From Sarea resinae (taxonomy: Eukaryota): a DNA stretch of 64,000 nt. This document shows positions 11,262-23,794 of the stretch, piece after piece; within the stretch, counting starts at the first letter, position 1; each line of letters opens with the position of its first letter. The translations under genes were made by a program, and so were the position numbers. The notes below the pieces were generated by a model. The model was not told the DNA's origin. It saw only the letters and a program-made list of their open reading frames with translations, and did not search any database. The stretch covers positions 310,001-374,000 of the forward strand of contig JAPEUD010000004.1 of NCBI GenBank assembly GCA_026026165.1, read 5' to 3'.

Positions 11262-13677
11262 ATGGAGAAGATCTCCAACATGGATGCCGTGGACCTGCGG
11301 AGAAGAGACGACATGTCGATGCCTGCCGGCGTGCCCGATCTGTGGCATATGCAGCGCATGTGGTGGGCCGTCATGGGGGCCGTCATCGCATTTGCAACTG
11401 CCGTCCATCTGCTCGACCGCGTCCTGTACCGTCAAAGGTCAGCTTCGGTCATGTTGGCACTCGAAATACTCAAAGCTGACGAGATTGCCCAACAGGATAT
11501 ACGCAGCGAACCGCAAGCTGCCGACCCCCGCCAAACCAAAGGTCTTTCTCTTCTGCTGGGCGGCAACGGTCACGGCCATCGCCCGTGAAATCTCTTATGC
11601 GTCCCTGTCGCCTCTGACCTTGAGAAAGATCACCATCCGGTCACCGCCTCTCGGCCGGGCCATCGTCATCGCTGCTCACTTCGTGGTCTTGGTAGTCTTC
11701 TGCTTCTGGAAATTTAGCCCAGACGATGCGGAGCAGTATGAAGCCCTGGGTTGGCGTGCCGGCTTCCTCACCATGGCTCAATTGCCTCTGCTTTTCCTCC
11801 TCGCGGGGAAAAACAATCTCATTGGCTACCTGACCGGATCGAGCTATGAGAAACTCAATTGGCTGCATCGGTGGGCGGCCCGATGTCTTCTGATCACAGC
11901 GACCATCCACATGGGATACGAATTCAGCCTTGACATCTCCGAAGATGGATCCATCTCTTCGCAGGTCAAGACCGATCCAACGACGAAGAAAGGTCTGGCT
12001 GCTTGGGCTATTCTTGCCTGGATCGTCTTCAGCTCCGTGGCTCCTATTCGGGGCTGGAACTACGAGTTTTTTGTGCTACAGCATCTCGTCTCCTATGTAG
12101 CTTTCATTGTCATGGTTCTTGTGCATACTCCCGCATCAGACCATAGCTGGGTTTGGATTTCAATCGGCCTCTACGCTTTTGACCGCCTTTCACGGGTTGC
12201 CGTCACTTTATACAACAATCTCTCAATCTTTCATCCGCAGCAACGCAAAAACGGCCAGGCCTCGAGCTTTTGGGCGTGTAAAGCCGAATTTACTGCTCTC
12301 TCGGGCTCTGCCACTCGGATCACAATCGCTGATCCTCCTATCACGTGGAAAGCAGGTCAACACATGTTCCTCTCCTGCAATTCCATTGTGCCGTTACAAA
12401 GCCATCCCTTTACCATCGCATCTCTGCCCCAGGACGGGAAAATGGAGTTTATTGTCCGATCGCATAGAGGTGGCACGAAGCGGATCTTCAAGCATGCCGA
12501 AAAGAGTCGAGGCCTTCCAACCACTACTGTCGACATACGATCGACCCAAGCTGAAAACGTAGCAGTGGAGGGGCCCTATGGTTACATCCGACCGCTCCGT
12601 CAATTCGACAGCGTGGTTTTCTTCGCCGGCAGCACTGGTGCCACCTTTATTGTTCCCTTGATGAGAGACATCATCTCTGCATGGAAAGAGTCCCACGATA
12701 AGACGAGCAATAACAACAAATCGAAGAAGCGCCTTGGCTTCTTCGCTACACCCGTAGGGGCAGTGACCCGCCACATCCGCTTCATCTGGGTGATCAAATC
12801 AAAAGATCGCTTAGACTGGTTCTCACACCACCTCAACTCCGCCGTTAAAGACGTCCAGGCCCTCCAGTCCGAGGCCGGCATGGCCGTAGATCTCGAAATT
12901 AGCATCTACATCACCTGCGACGACACCCTCACATCGGAGAACAAGAGATCCGAAAAAGCTGTCATTTCCACCAACAATCCGCCCGCTTCTGCGCACGGCC
13001 GCATCGAGCAATTCCCCAGCCAACGCTCGTCCGCAGACGCAGAATTTGCTTCCGACGACGAAAAAGCTGACCTCAAAGCCGGCCAAAAATACCAAGCTGA
13101 GCATAAAGAAACGGTCACCTCGCGCGAACTCGCCGACGACGCCGACTCTCTCGCGTCGTACTCGGTACGGGGGCAATCCAGAGGAGAGGCGTCAGGCACA
13201 TGCGGTCCAAACGGAACGTGCTGCTGCACGAACACCATCGACGACGAAGACGCCATCACCTCTACCTCGGCCACGGGGGAGAATAAGATATGCACATGCA
13301 ACTGCTCCGCCCCTCGTCCAACTTCCTCCTTTCTTGAATCTCGACCCCCACTCCGCGCCAACAGCATCAGCGGCACCAGCTCTGACGAGAAGGATCTGCA
13401 ATCCCCGCAACAGCCCTTGGCGTCTGCATCCCCCTCCCCCATCAGCCAGACACTCCACCCCACAATCACCCTCCTGTCAGGCCGCCCGTCTCCCAAAAAC
13501 ATCATTCGAAAGACATTGGAGCAAGCGCTCGGCGAGTCCGGCGTCGTGGCCTGCGGCCCGGCTGGTCTAATAGACGATGTTCGCAACAGCGTGGCGGCGT
13601 TGAGCGACGAGCGCGCCGTGCATAAGGGCTCCGGCGCCCAGGGCGTGTGGTTCAGGGGCGAGGAGTTTGCGTTCTAG
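11262..13677 (+). CDS. Ferric/cupric reductase (FRE family; transmembrane heme, FAD and NADPH domains), 2 exons
   Basis: Intron about 11438-11494. Heme His motifs LHRWAAR...IHM and FVLQHL...LVHT, FAD motif HPFTIAS, EGPYG, AGSTGATF, CGPAGL, terminal EEFAF. Confidence 0.95.
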
Positions 13678-14143
13678 AACTATCTTTTCCTCTTTCTTCG
13701 GTAGCCCCTCGGGCGATATAGGGCAGGTTGGTTGGCTTGTGTTGGGATACGAGGAGTTTTTCTTTGGGCATAGCGATTGGAGTTGGTTCGAATTGGGAGC
13801 ACGTGGATACCATACCATTGGAGAAGGTAACGGCTATTGCATTTCATACGTAAATACATATGATGGACAGGAAGCATCAGAACATGGCATCAAGGAAGTT
13901 CGAAACAGAAGATATATTCAAATCATCGATTCGAAGTCGTACCTAAAACAATAGACAATAGATTTCAATCCGTTCTCGAAATGGATATTACAGTAAACAT
14001 GCCAGGGAAACAAGGATTACACCAACAACGCAGCAGCAAGAGAAAAGGCAGCTCCAAAGTTCTCCCATCCCATCTCATCAGAACAGTCATGATTGATAGC
14101 CGCGGCATCATCTCTCTCGCAGAGGACGGGCCAAGAAAGAGCC

Positions 14144-15172
14144 TTAAAACCCATGCTTCTTCGTCTCCTCCTCACTCCAGTCCCACAACTTGGCGGCCAA
14201 CTTCTCATCCTGCGCATACGCGGAACCAGCGTTCAAGCTCCCAACGGGCTTGTAATACGCGCCACTTTTCACCTCGGCCTTGGGAGCGGTGGCGGCCCAG
14301 AGCTGATTCTTGGCGCCCTGGGGCACGCCGCCGAAGACCCACGGGCCGAGCACGCCGAGCCCGTAACGCATGATGAAGTTGGACTTCTCCGAGGGCCCGT
14401 ACAGGTCCGTGTAGATGACGCCCGGGTGCACGGCCACGGCCGTGATGGACGGGTAGCGCTGGGCGAGCTGGCGCGTGAACAGGATGTTGCTGAGTTTGCT
14501 CTGGCCGTAGCGGGACCAGGGCCCGGTTTTCTTCTCGCTCTCGGCCGGGTCGAGGATGAGGCCGCCCGTGGGCGCGAGACGGTGGCCTTCGGAGCTGAGG
14601 TTCACGATGCGCACGTCGGCATCTGGGCCCTCGGCGGTTTTAAGTAGGGTGGGCAGCAGCAGTTTGGTGAAGAGGAAGTGTCCGACGTGGTTGGTGCCGA
14701 ATTGGATCTCGTAGCCTTCCTCGGTCGTGCCAAAGGGCATGGCCATGACGCCTGCGTTGTTGATAAGGAGGTCGAGGCGGGAGGAGGCTTGCGTGAAGGT
14801 TTCGGCGGCATTTTTGATCGACGCGAACGAGGTGAGGTCGAGTGAGAGGTGCGTTATGGGGGCGCTGGGGAGGGCTTTTTTGATGTCGGTGATGGCGGCT
14901 TCGGCTTTGGAGGCTGTGCGCGCCGCGAGGTAGATGTGGCTGGGGTTATGCTTGGCGAGTTGGAGACAGGTTTCCTTGCCTAGACCTGTGTTGCCTGTTC
15001 GTTTGATTAATAGTATGAGCCATTGCCATTGCTGGATGTACGAGGTGGGTGGTGATGAGACGGTGAAAGAAGATGATAGGAGTTCTGTTTACGCACCTCC
15101 TGTCACAATAATGACCTTACCCGAAAGATCGGGGATGTCGGATTCGGGATTAAAGCTTTTCCCCCAAAACAT
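14144..15172 (-). CDS. Short-chain dehydrogenase/reductase (retinol dehydrogenase/WWOX-like), 2 exons
   Basis: IPDLSGKVIIVTG|GNTGLG, LINNAGVMA, QFGTNHVGHF, catalytic YGQSK, VHPGVIYT. Confidence 0.95.
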
Positions 15173-16446
15173 CTTGAATTGCTGGTCTTGTATACCGTTT
15201 TTCTTGGATAGATTAAGAGTAGGCTGATGAAGAGCGATGGTTGTGCAGGTGTGCTGTGTGAGACGTGGGGTATGATGTCGATGATGTTGATGTAGATACC
15301 TACCTACGTTAGTGAGGAGAAGCTCCTTGCCTTTTCGCGTAGGCAGCTGAAGGTATGCGCCAACATCAGATGCTTGAACCTTAAGTGAAACAAGCAAAGA
15401 TTGCCAATTGCCGCCGTCTTTGATCAGAAACGAATCTCAGCTGTTAGCAATGAATCTTTTCGATCACCATTGGCAGTCTGATTGCTTCTGTACACCCAAC
15501 GGTACCTGAAGCTCGAGTAGCAATGGAAGATATCAATTGAAGAGTTGGCTTCCGTCCACATGCACCTACATATGTAGCACCTACCACGGAGTAACCTTCC
15601 CTCCGAGACTGATTTGGGGACAGGAGATACTTCCCGTAGGTACTAACTACGGAGCTGACCTCAAGGTACCGACCTGGCCTCTGCAACCATGATGGATGAT
15701 TTCGGTCACTACTGACATCGATTCGTGAGTTCGTCATCTTGTTGATTTCAAGCTTCAGGATTCCCATATCATATGGGCCCTGTTTGCTTCGATCGGGAAG
15801 ACTCCATGGAGATGGCTGTGTTATTGCTCTCAGGGTTCTATGCGGACTTGGCGAGAATCAGGGCTGCTCCCCTAGATGGATGGATCAAGAAGGTCACATA
15901 TGACTTTGGCCACGGAGCCTAGATAGACCCAAGCAAATATGCGCAAATTCAAGTAGGGAACAGTGACATCCCCGTTCGATGCTTCTCAGCTCTTGAGAAC
16001 GACATAACAATCTCAATTGCTGCGAGGCCATCAGCTGGCGTGGATAGTGATGCGATCACCAGTAGAAGAAATTGTGACTGTTGTGGTCGGAAAAAGCCGA
16101 GCACCATCGCCTCGCTTGAGAGGGCACAACCAGATTTGCGGCTCTGGAAGAGAAGTGCACCTGAAGTCGACAGTGCCAGTGCTACCACGGACCAGGTCGA
16201 AGCTCAGCGCAGCGCCCGAGACGAGACTCCGCTGCCGCATTGGTTGAGCGACATCTACACCACCTACCTCTCTACCACATCACGCTTCATCCGATCGGTG
16301 CGCACGCCCATCCCCCATCTAGATCTCCTTCAAACATCGTGTAACACGGTTTGACGCTGGCACTGACGCTGACCCTCATCTCTCTCTCTCCAGCGAAACA
16401 CTCCACCCGCCGTTGAAATCCGAGATCTCGCCGGCATACAGCAATC

Positions 16447-17301
16447 ATGGATCACGCAAAGCTTGCGAAGATGCAGCAGTCCGTGAGGATTGGTGAGTCT
16501 TGTCCCTGTGCCTTGGCGAATAAATCTACGATCAATTGCTCTCTCATACTTCATCGGAAGATATCGAATGCTGACAAATGTCTGTGTGATCAGGGTAAAT
16601 CCCCCATTTCCGTACCTCCCTCGTCTTACACTCCAGATTATGACCCTCTGATTCGAGAGCAAGCCCTCATATCGCTTATCGAACCGTCGCGCCGATGACG
16701 AAAGTCCATACGAGAAATATGCTAATAGCTGGTGAATCTGTGCAGCGGCAAGGGTACCCCGAGGAGAAAGATCAAGAAGGTCCATAAGAGCGCTGGCACC
16801 GACGACAAGAAGCTCCAGACGTCGCTGAAGAAGCTCAACGTTCAGCCCATCCAGGCGATCGAGGAAGTCAACATGTTCAAGGAGGATGGCAACGTGATCC
16901 ACTTCGCGGCACCAAAGGGTCAGTCTCGCACTAGTTTTACTTGACACATGGGACACTATTTGTGATGGATTTCGACGGTCGATCGGAGACTACGGAGTTG
17001 GGGCAGTGATGTTCGTATCTTGATTCTAGTCAAACTGACAGAAGACTTGGCAGTCCACGCTTCCGTCCCCGCAAACACATTCGCCATCTACGGCAACGGC
17101 GAGGACAAGGAACTCACCGAACTCGTCCCTGGCATCCTCAACCAACTCGGCCCCGACTCCCTAGCATCTCTACGCAAGCTCGCCGAGAGCTACCAATCGA
17201 TGCAAAAGAAGGACGGCGAGGATGGCGATAAGAAGGATGAGGACGATGACGACATTCCCGATCTGGTGGCAGGGGAGAACTTCGAGAGCAAAGTCGAGTA
17301 A
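16447..17301 (+). CDS. EGD1: Nascent polypeptide-associated complex beta subunit (BTF3/Egd1); exons 16447-16492, 16594 (1 nt), 16746-16918, 17054-17301
   Basis: [27 protein letters not shown]...[12 protein letters not shown]...IEEVNMFK...[14 protein letters not shown]...[15 protein letters not shown]...DDDIPDLV. Confidence 0.97.
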
Positions 17302-18693
17302 GCTGGATTTTTGGCTTGAAGATGTTGGTGCCCCCATGGAAAAAAGTCCAATAAAAATGGCCTCAGGGTTGGCTTCAGGTAGCATATAGCGACGTCAACC
17401 AAATCTGTTCATCTTTCCGCACGTACGAACTTTTCCTGCTACTATTGACGGTCTATGTTCGAAAGGAAAGTGATAGCTCTGCCTTGAAGAGACGATGAAC
17501 GCATGAATTGAACGTCGACGGCAATTGCATGCCGTACTAGAACGAGACGGTCACGGCCGCTGGTCGCACCGTCGTAGGCATGGATTGATGCCAGCATACC
17601 TTACTACGGAGTAGATTTGAGGATCCTACTCGTACTATGAGTACTCCGATACTCTACTCTTCTGGATCTGGTCATGGTCGGTAGCGAAACGATCTACGCG
17701 GTAAAGTGGCCTAGTCTGGTTGCACGAGAAGGTATCGATCCATAGTGGAGAGGGCGTAGAGATACCTCGCTCGTCACTACTTGCTGGGCCAGTTTGAACG
17801 ACAGGCCACACACCAAGTAACTTTCGTACTTCGTACTTGCCCACGTAGTGCAAGAGCTGCTCTCCACGGCTCTCCCCATCTTCTTCGCCCCAGCTCTTCG
17901 TCGAGGGACTGAGTCGCTCAGTGCGTGCTTACTTACTGCTACTTGGCCTCTGCTCGTGTGCTCTCCTTCCTCTTCATCCTCCTCCTCCTTCTCCGTTGAT
18001 GGTATTTGGTCTCGTGCCACAAGACGACAAGAGTTCAAGCAACAGCATACAAGGCGACATTAATATCGCCAAATTCTCTATGTCATAACTGTCGCCTCGC
18101 ACAGGCTTTTTACCCACGTGCTGCAGCCGCGCCTTGGTATCTGAATAACTGAACTTGGCCACCATACAGACGAGATCGGGTCACAGAACGATCGTCGGCC
18201 TCTTCGATACTCAAAGTTCTTTGAAATCATCATGTCACATCATCAGTGAAAGATTCTTTGTTCTCCATCTCTCGAAGAGCTCCACCAACTGTTTCCAAGC
18301 TCTTTTTACTACCGCTTGTGGCGGGCTCACAAGGAGCAAGAGTGGGCAGATCAAGTCGCCTGAACACGACCTGCGTCACTATGAATTACCTATAGGCCTT
18401 TCCTGCGGGAAGCCTTTTCCGTCATCCTCACCTATCTTTTCTTACCAATTTCACCCCGATACTCAATAGTGGCCGAGAAATACTAGCTTTCGCATAGCTA
18501 CCTGTATCCTCCGACCTTCCAACAGCCGCCAAACAATTGTCCAACTATTTACCAACTTTTTTGTCGGTCGAGCTTTAGCGCACCGGTTTTTTGTACGACA
18601 AAGGACGTTTTTTGAGTTCAAAAAGCATTTTAGAAATCTTAGGGGGGCACTTTCAAGAGGAGTTCTGTGTTTTCAAAAATCTCAGGGAAATAG

Positions 18694-20481
18694 ATGGACC
18701 AAAATTCTAGCCCCGGGGTAGCCTCGATGGCTGCGGTGAGGAAGCAAAATGATGGCAATATCTTCGATTCTGTTACTACGCATGCGGACATAAATCAGAC
18801 GCATGAACGGAAGAATGCGAATTCCAATTCTTTGGCCGTTGGCCAGGAAAACAAATCAGGAAACAGCAACCACGACATGGACCCTGTGCCAAGACCACAA
18901 AATGGACCTGAGTCTCTTTCAAAGCCGAACAGTCCTCCCACTGGTGATCGGCAGGAGCAGCATCGGGATATAAAAGCGTTGGAGACCAAATCCAATGGAA
19001 AAGGCGACCAATTGACAGCTGAAAGGCAACCGAGGACCAAAAAGGCTACAATCATTCGCAAGACTTACCGGCACCCCGACAATGGTGATAGTGAGCGACC
19101 GTGCAATTGTCCTCCTGGAAAGCACGAGTCTGAGTCAAGGAGTAAGATTGAGAATGCGTTGCAGTCGTACAAGAAAGGAGATGAAAATGCCATCTACACG
19201 ATGGCTGAAATAGCTCAAAAACGAGGCGTTCCTTCGGATTTGCGGTGCCTGGTATGGCCAATCTTGTTGAATACGCATCCTCTTCTTTCATCTGTCAAGG
19301 AGACATCGGCGAAAGGTTGTGCCCGGAAAGAGCATTCAGCCAGAGATATACCTTTGAAGCGGATCAAAGCCGAAATTGCCCGCTATCATCGTCGAAAAAA
19401 TAATCTTCCGAATACAAGTCACGGATCTCCTTTGACCTCTGCTTCCCCTGGCGCAGAGAGTACTGCTTCTGCTTCGACAGTCCTGACGAATGACTCTTCA
19501 CCACTCCCTCCTCCTCCAGATGCAGAAGCGCTCCATAAGGCAACCCTGGACGCGGCGGTAGAGGACGCCGTTGTAGACTTCCTCGAGAAGAATGAGCAAG
19601 TGGAATATTCTCCGGGGATGATATATGTCTGCCTGACACTCTCCGACTGGCTCATCCAGTCTCCCACCGGATCCGCAACGTCAGCATTACCGGAGTTGGT
19701 TCACGACCACAGCCAAACGCAATGGGCGACCCTTAGCAAAGCATTCGACCAAACAATGTCGATGATGCTCTGGGCGCCAAGCTCAAGCAGCTGTTCCGAA
19801 ACCCACGCCACACAATATGAAAACATCCTCACGCGACGCATTTCGCACTTCCTGAGCACGTTTCGCCGTCTTCTTCCCGAGTTAGCTGCCTATTTTGACG
19901 AGGAAGAAGTCAGCGGCTTCGGCGAGGAGTGGGTTCATAGCTGGATTCAGTGGTGGCTTTCACGGGAGCTGGGAAGAGATGAGAAGGGCCGACTTTGGGA
20001 TTTCTATCTGGGCTATCGTCTGCTGACGCGAAAAGCAAAACCTTCGTCCTCTTCGTCGTCGTCTTCCGCCTCATCTTCTTCATCGGATTCTGGATATGGA
20101 GACGATGAGGCTGTGCCTTTCGTCCAACAGCAACAAGTGGATGTATCCTTACCTTCGTCCCTCGCACCCCCATCCGCGACTACCACATTTCCCGATCCTG
20201 CAAACCCAAGTGCAACCACAACCACCACCGCCGAAGATGACGCTATAGAACCCTACTCTCTAGCGGACTGGCACATGTACATCTGCCTGGCCCTCCTCCG
20301 CGCCGCCAAGGATGCCCTTGAAGAGCTCGAGCTCTCCGAAATCCGCGCGCTCTTGGGCCGTCTAGGGCTGCTGAAGGTCGACATGGACGCGATCATCCGC
20401 GAAGCGGATCGCATGCGGAAGGAAGCTAGGGAGCTGGGGGCTAAGGAGGAAGAGGAAGCGTGTAGACGGAGAGTGAGTTGA
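18694..20481 (+). CDS. OCA5: TBC/Rab-GAP-fold protein, Oca5-like (single-exon ORF, 595 aa)
   Basis: IAQKRGVPSDLRCLVWPILLNTHP and FRRLLPELAAYFDEE...WIQWWLSREL...RLWDFY match TBC-fold motifs. The Oca5 subfamily call rests on remembered similarity only. Confidence 0.7.
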   Translation: MDQNSSPGVASMAAVRKQNDGNIFDSVTTHADINQTHERKNANSNSLAVGQENKSGNSNHDMDPVPRPQNGPESLSKPNSPPTGDRQEQHRDIKALETKSNGKGDQLTAERQPRTKKATIIRKTYRHPDNGDSERPCNCPPGKHESESRSKIENALQSYKKGDENAIYTMAEIAQKRGVPSDLRCLVWPILLNTHPLLSSVKETSAKGCARKEHSARDIPLKRIKAEIARYHRRKNNLPNTSHGSPLTSASPGAESTASASTVLTNDSSPLPPPPDAEALHKATLDAAVEDAVVDFLEKNEQVEYSPGMIYVCLTLSDWLIQSPTGSATSALPELVHDHSQTQWATLSKAFDQTMSMMLWAPSSSSCSETHATQYENILTRRISHFLSTFRRLLPELAAYFDEEEVSGFGEEWVHSWIQWWLSRELGRDEKGRLWDFYLGYRLLTRKAKPSSSSSSSSASSSSSDSGYGDDEAVPFVQQQQVDVSLPSSLAPPSATTTFPDPANPSATTTTTAEDDAIEPYSLADWHMYICLALLRAAKDALEELELSEIRALLGRLGLLKVDMDAIIREADRMRKEARELGAKEEEEACRRRVS

Positions 20482-20971
20482 TCAGGTGGTTATCTGACGA
20501 GCGAGATATGGTGGTTTTGCCGCTACAAAGGAGTGTGGGTTCGCAACACGACGATCCTAAACCAAGGCGTACGAAGTACAACGATCAAAGTCGGCGTATT
20601 CAATCCTCCCATCTCTCTTCTTTCCTCCACCACCACCACCACCACCATCTCATTCCTGCTCTTCCCCCTTTCTTCTTCACCCAGGGCACCCAAAGACTAA
20701 TGAAGGGATACTTTCTCTGTTACGTCAATGTCACCTCCTAGCATATCCATGCTTGTATCAAACAGACCACCGAAGACGTCCCCAGACCAACCTAGACCAG
20801 ACCAGACCAGACCAGAGTAGACCACAATAGTGAACACAATATAATATACTATAATATCAGCCAAATACAGGAGGTCTCTCTGTATCAAATGTTGCTCGAT
20901 TCTATTGATATGAAAGTTTTCCATCAGAAAGTGTGGTTGATACACGTATTTGTAGACATGTATGTAGATAG

Positions 20972-20999
<28 letters not shown>
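20972..20999. repeat. (AT)14 microsatellite
   Basis: Uninterrupted AT dinucleotide run. Confidence 0.95.
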
Positions 21000-21002
<3 letters not shown>

Positions 21003-21883
21003 CTGGTGTGTTGAAAGTCTTGCGAGTGTTGTTGTTCTTAGCTCAGTCTCTCTCTCTCTTTCTCTTGGTCGGAGCAGGGGACTACAAGGAAAGAGAAGAC
21101 GAAGTGGATATGTATGGCAAGACTGTGCTATGCTCTGTGTGAGATCATGAGAGTGCGAGAGCGTGAGACTGTGAGAGTGTGAGATTGTGAGAGTGAGACT
21201 GTGCGAGCGTGGATAGAAGACCGAGGAGTGAAACAGCCCAGGGCAGCCAAGTGAAGTCTAAGTCACATCAAACCGATCCTACCTACGAAAAGACGAGCAA
21301 GAAAGAGCGATGATATACTTTTTCTAGACCTGTCGGGGCTGCGGCCTATCCAGGGATCCGTTGCCTATGTTGCTTGCTTATCTGCTACCTACCTACCTAC
21401 CTACCTACCCACTTCACTTCACTGAAGAGGGACAGGTAAGCAGAGAGAGGGAGAGGGAGGGAGAGAGAGAGAAGCACGCCATTCTAGTCGCATCAAGGAG
21501 AACCCACGCTACTATTTTGCAGCATATCGAGGCTCGTTCGAGCAGAGTAGCGTTTCAAGATCCATACATAGGCTGCCTAACTGATACTGAGACATATGGC
21601 TCTGGCTGGTTGCAAAACAAACGAGGTGGAAAGCCGCGTTTATCAGATAAATTTGTTGATTAATAGACTGATCGTGCATGCAGGGATGAATGAATACATG
21701 AGTGAGCTAGAGAGGGCGGGATGGGAAAGAGATGATGGTTGGGTTGTTGGGAGGACTGCTATTGTGTGATATGGTCAGATAGGAACTGGATGGGGTGGGG
21801 TTGGAGGTGACTGTCTAAGACAGGTGGTGGGAAGAGAGAGAACAGAACAGAAGAGAAGATAACAGAAGGGTTGGCTAGAGAGG

Positions 21884-23159
21884 TCAGTTCTCGAGCGGAG
21901 GTAGGCGGGCTTTGATGTAGGCTTCGACATGGTCGATTTCTTCTGGATCGGCGGAGTGAGGAAGGCCGCTGATTGGTTGTATGGGGTTAGCTCATCTCAA
22001 TTAGATAGAGAAGGTCTTGAACGAAGATGGGTGGATGATGAAAGAAAGAATAATAGAAGGTTAATATCATCGTAAAGGGATAACGACTTACGGATACTCC
22101 CTGAAATCCACATCCCATCCCCAAGCCCTCAACGTCCCCGCCGTTGCTCTCCCCCACTCGACCTTGACGACAGTATCTGCATCCCCATGGCCCATGAAGA
22201 TCTTCGTCTCTTTATTTGGGTTGTCCTCGGGGACCATGTCCCTGATCTTGCCTTGCAGCAATAGATAAGAAGACAGACCCACGATTCCGCCCAGTTTATG
22301 CGGGCTGGTGACGCCGGCAAAGAGCGACATGGCGCCGCCTTGCGAGAAGCCACCGAGGATGATTCGGTGTGAGGAGATGCCTTTGTCGATTTCGGATTGA
22401 ATAAGGGAGTGGAAGTAGGACTGGGAGCGCAGGATTCCGGGCTCGTCCATCTTTTGCGCAATGTCGTCGAAGGAAGCCTAGTCAGTGTTGTTAGTACTTC
22501 TTTGGGTCGATTGCCTTTCATCATGAGATTAAAGAATAGATAGACGGGTTCCGAAGGGGTATGAGAAGCCGGGTGCTAATTCTTTCGCTGCCGCTTTATA
22601 ACTCCTATCGGGGGTTTGGAAAGCACTTGGATAACGGACTGTGGGTTCGCGTCTTACAATGTCATACCATCCCGGCATGCTCATGCCGAAATTCTATCAG
22701 ACACAGCGTCAGTCAAAATCAGCCCAATAAAAGCAACGATCAAAGGCCAGATGGCTGGAAGTACTGCGAGGATGAACATACCACGGAGATAGGGATCGAG
22801 GGCGCATTCGGAAACACAAACGCCACCTCCTCGAAGATACCTCTTCGTCGCCAGTTCTGCGCCAGTGGCAGCCTAGTTCGCCATGATCGTCCGGTCAGCC
22901 TTGTCTGCTTCTAGAGGGATCGAGAGTGAGGCTTTGACAGATAGCCTCAGAGCAGAGGCATAGGATTCAAAGAGAAGGGGAAATGTACCAGCCGCGGCCA
23001 CTGCATGACATGGACTGTCAGTAAGTTTTCACATCAAGTGATGAGAGCTTTGATCTCGAGAACTCGGACAACGTACGTGTCGCCCAAGCCATGTGCGAAG
23101 ATCACCGTCGCCGTGTGTTTCTTGATGGCGGGGACTATCAACGGGGCAAGTGAGGCCAT
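21884..23159 (-). CDS. Acyl-protein thioesterase 1 / phospholipase-carboxylesterase (6 exons)
   Basis: KHTATVIFAHGLGDT|GRGW|LPLAQNW...FPNAPSIPISV|NFGMSMPGWYDI|...GGFSQGGAMSL...HGDADTVV...|GLPHSADPEEI; Ser-Asp-His triad motifs present. Confidence 0.95.
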
Positions 23160-23794
23160 CTTGCGACTTCTATGCAAATATAATACGATCAAAGAAGAGA
23201 TGGTCACCCCGCACGGAATAGAGAGCTAGAACCGATTATGCAAGATGGCGCGCCTTCTATTGCAAAACGGAAAAGCTGATCTAGATGAAGCTATTCCCGG
23301 CTGTTGGTGAATTGAGGTGGGCAAGGCGGGTTGATTGGTAGGTATCATGGTATCATACTGCCTGAAACTCGCTTCACCGCCTTCGGCCGAGGTCAAGCTC
23401 TACAGCATTACGACATTACGACATTCCCCATACCTGAGTCCACACAATTCGCAGCAGGACTCCTATTTCTCGACTTGAAAGATCTTTTCCTTATAGTGGC
23501 AATTACACCAGAGAAAGAGCTTGCAGCGTTAAAACAAGAGGGGGGTCCGATATCCCAAACTCCTGCAACAAATTATCGCCGCAGATCCAGACTAGAGCCA
23601 GGCCAAGCGATTGCTTGCTGAAACCTGAGAACAATGCCCGCAAATGCCTCAAATCATACACGTCGCATGCGCTGTGCTCAATTGTCCTGCATTCGAAAGC
23701 ACAAAGTCGTCGGCGTCCAACACCCCCACGCCTCAGCTAGGTCTCTCAGAAGCACTCACTACCGCTACCATCTGCCCCAAGGACGAAAGCTAAC

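Noticed and set aside
11047..11494. 876-aa ORF starting at 11047 taken as the true reductase N-terminus
   Set aside because: It starts at a non-ATG codon and runs through 5' UTR and intron sequence; ATG 11262 plus one intron gives a better model.
16630..16710. Possible hammerhead ribozyme or snoRNA in egd1 intron 2 (CTGA...GACGAAAGTC hairpin)
   Set aside because: No CUGANGA core, no convincing stems and no clear C/D or H/ACA boxes; an Rfam scan would be needed.
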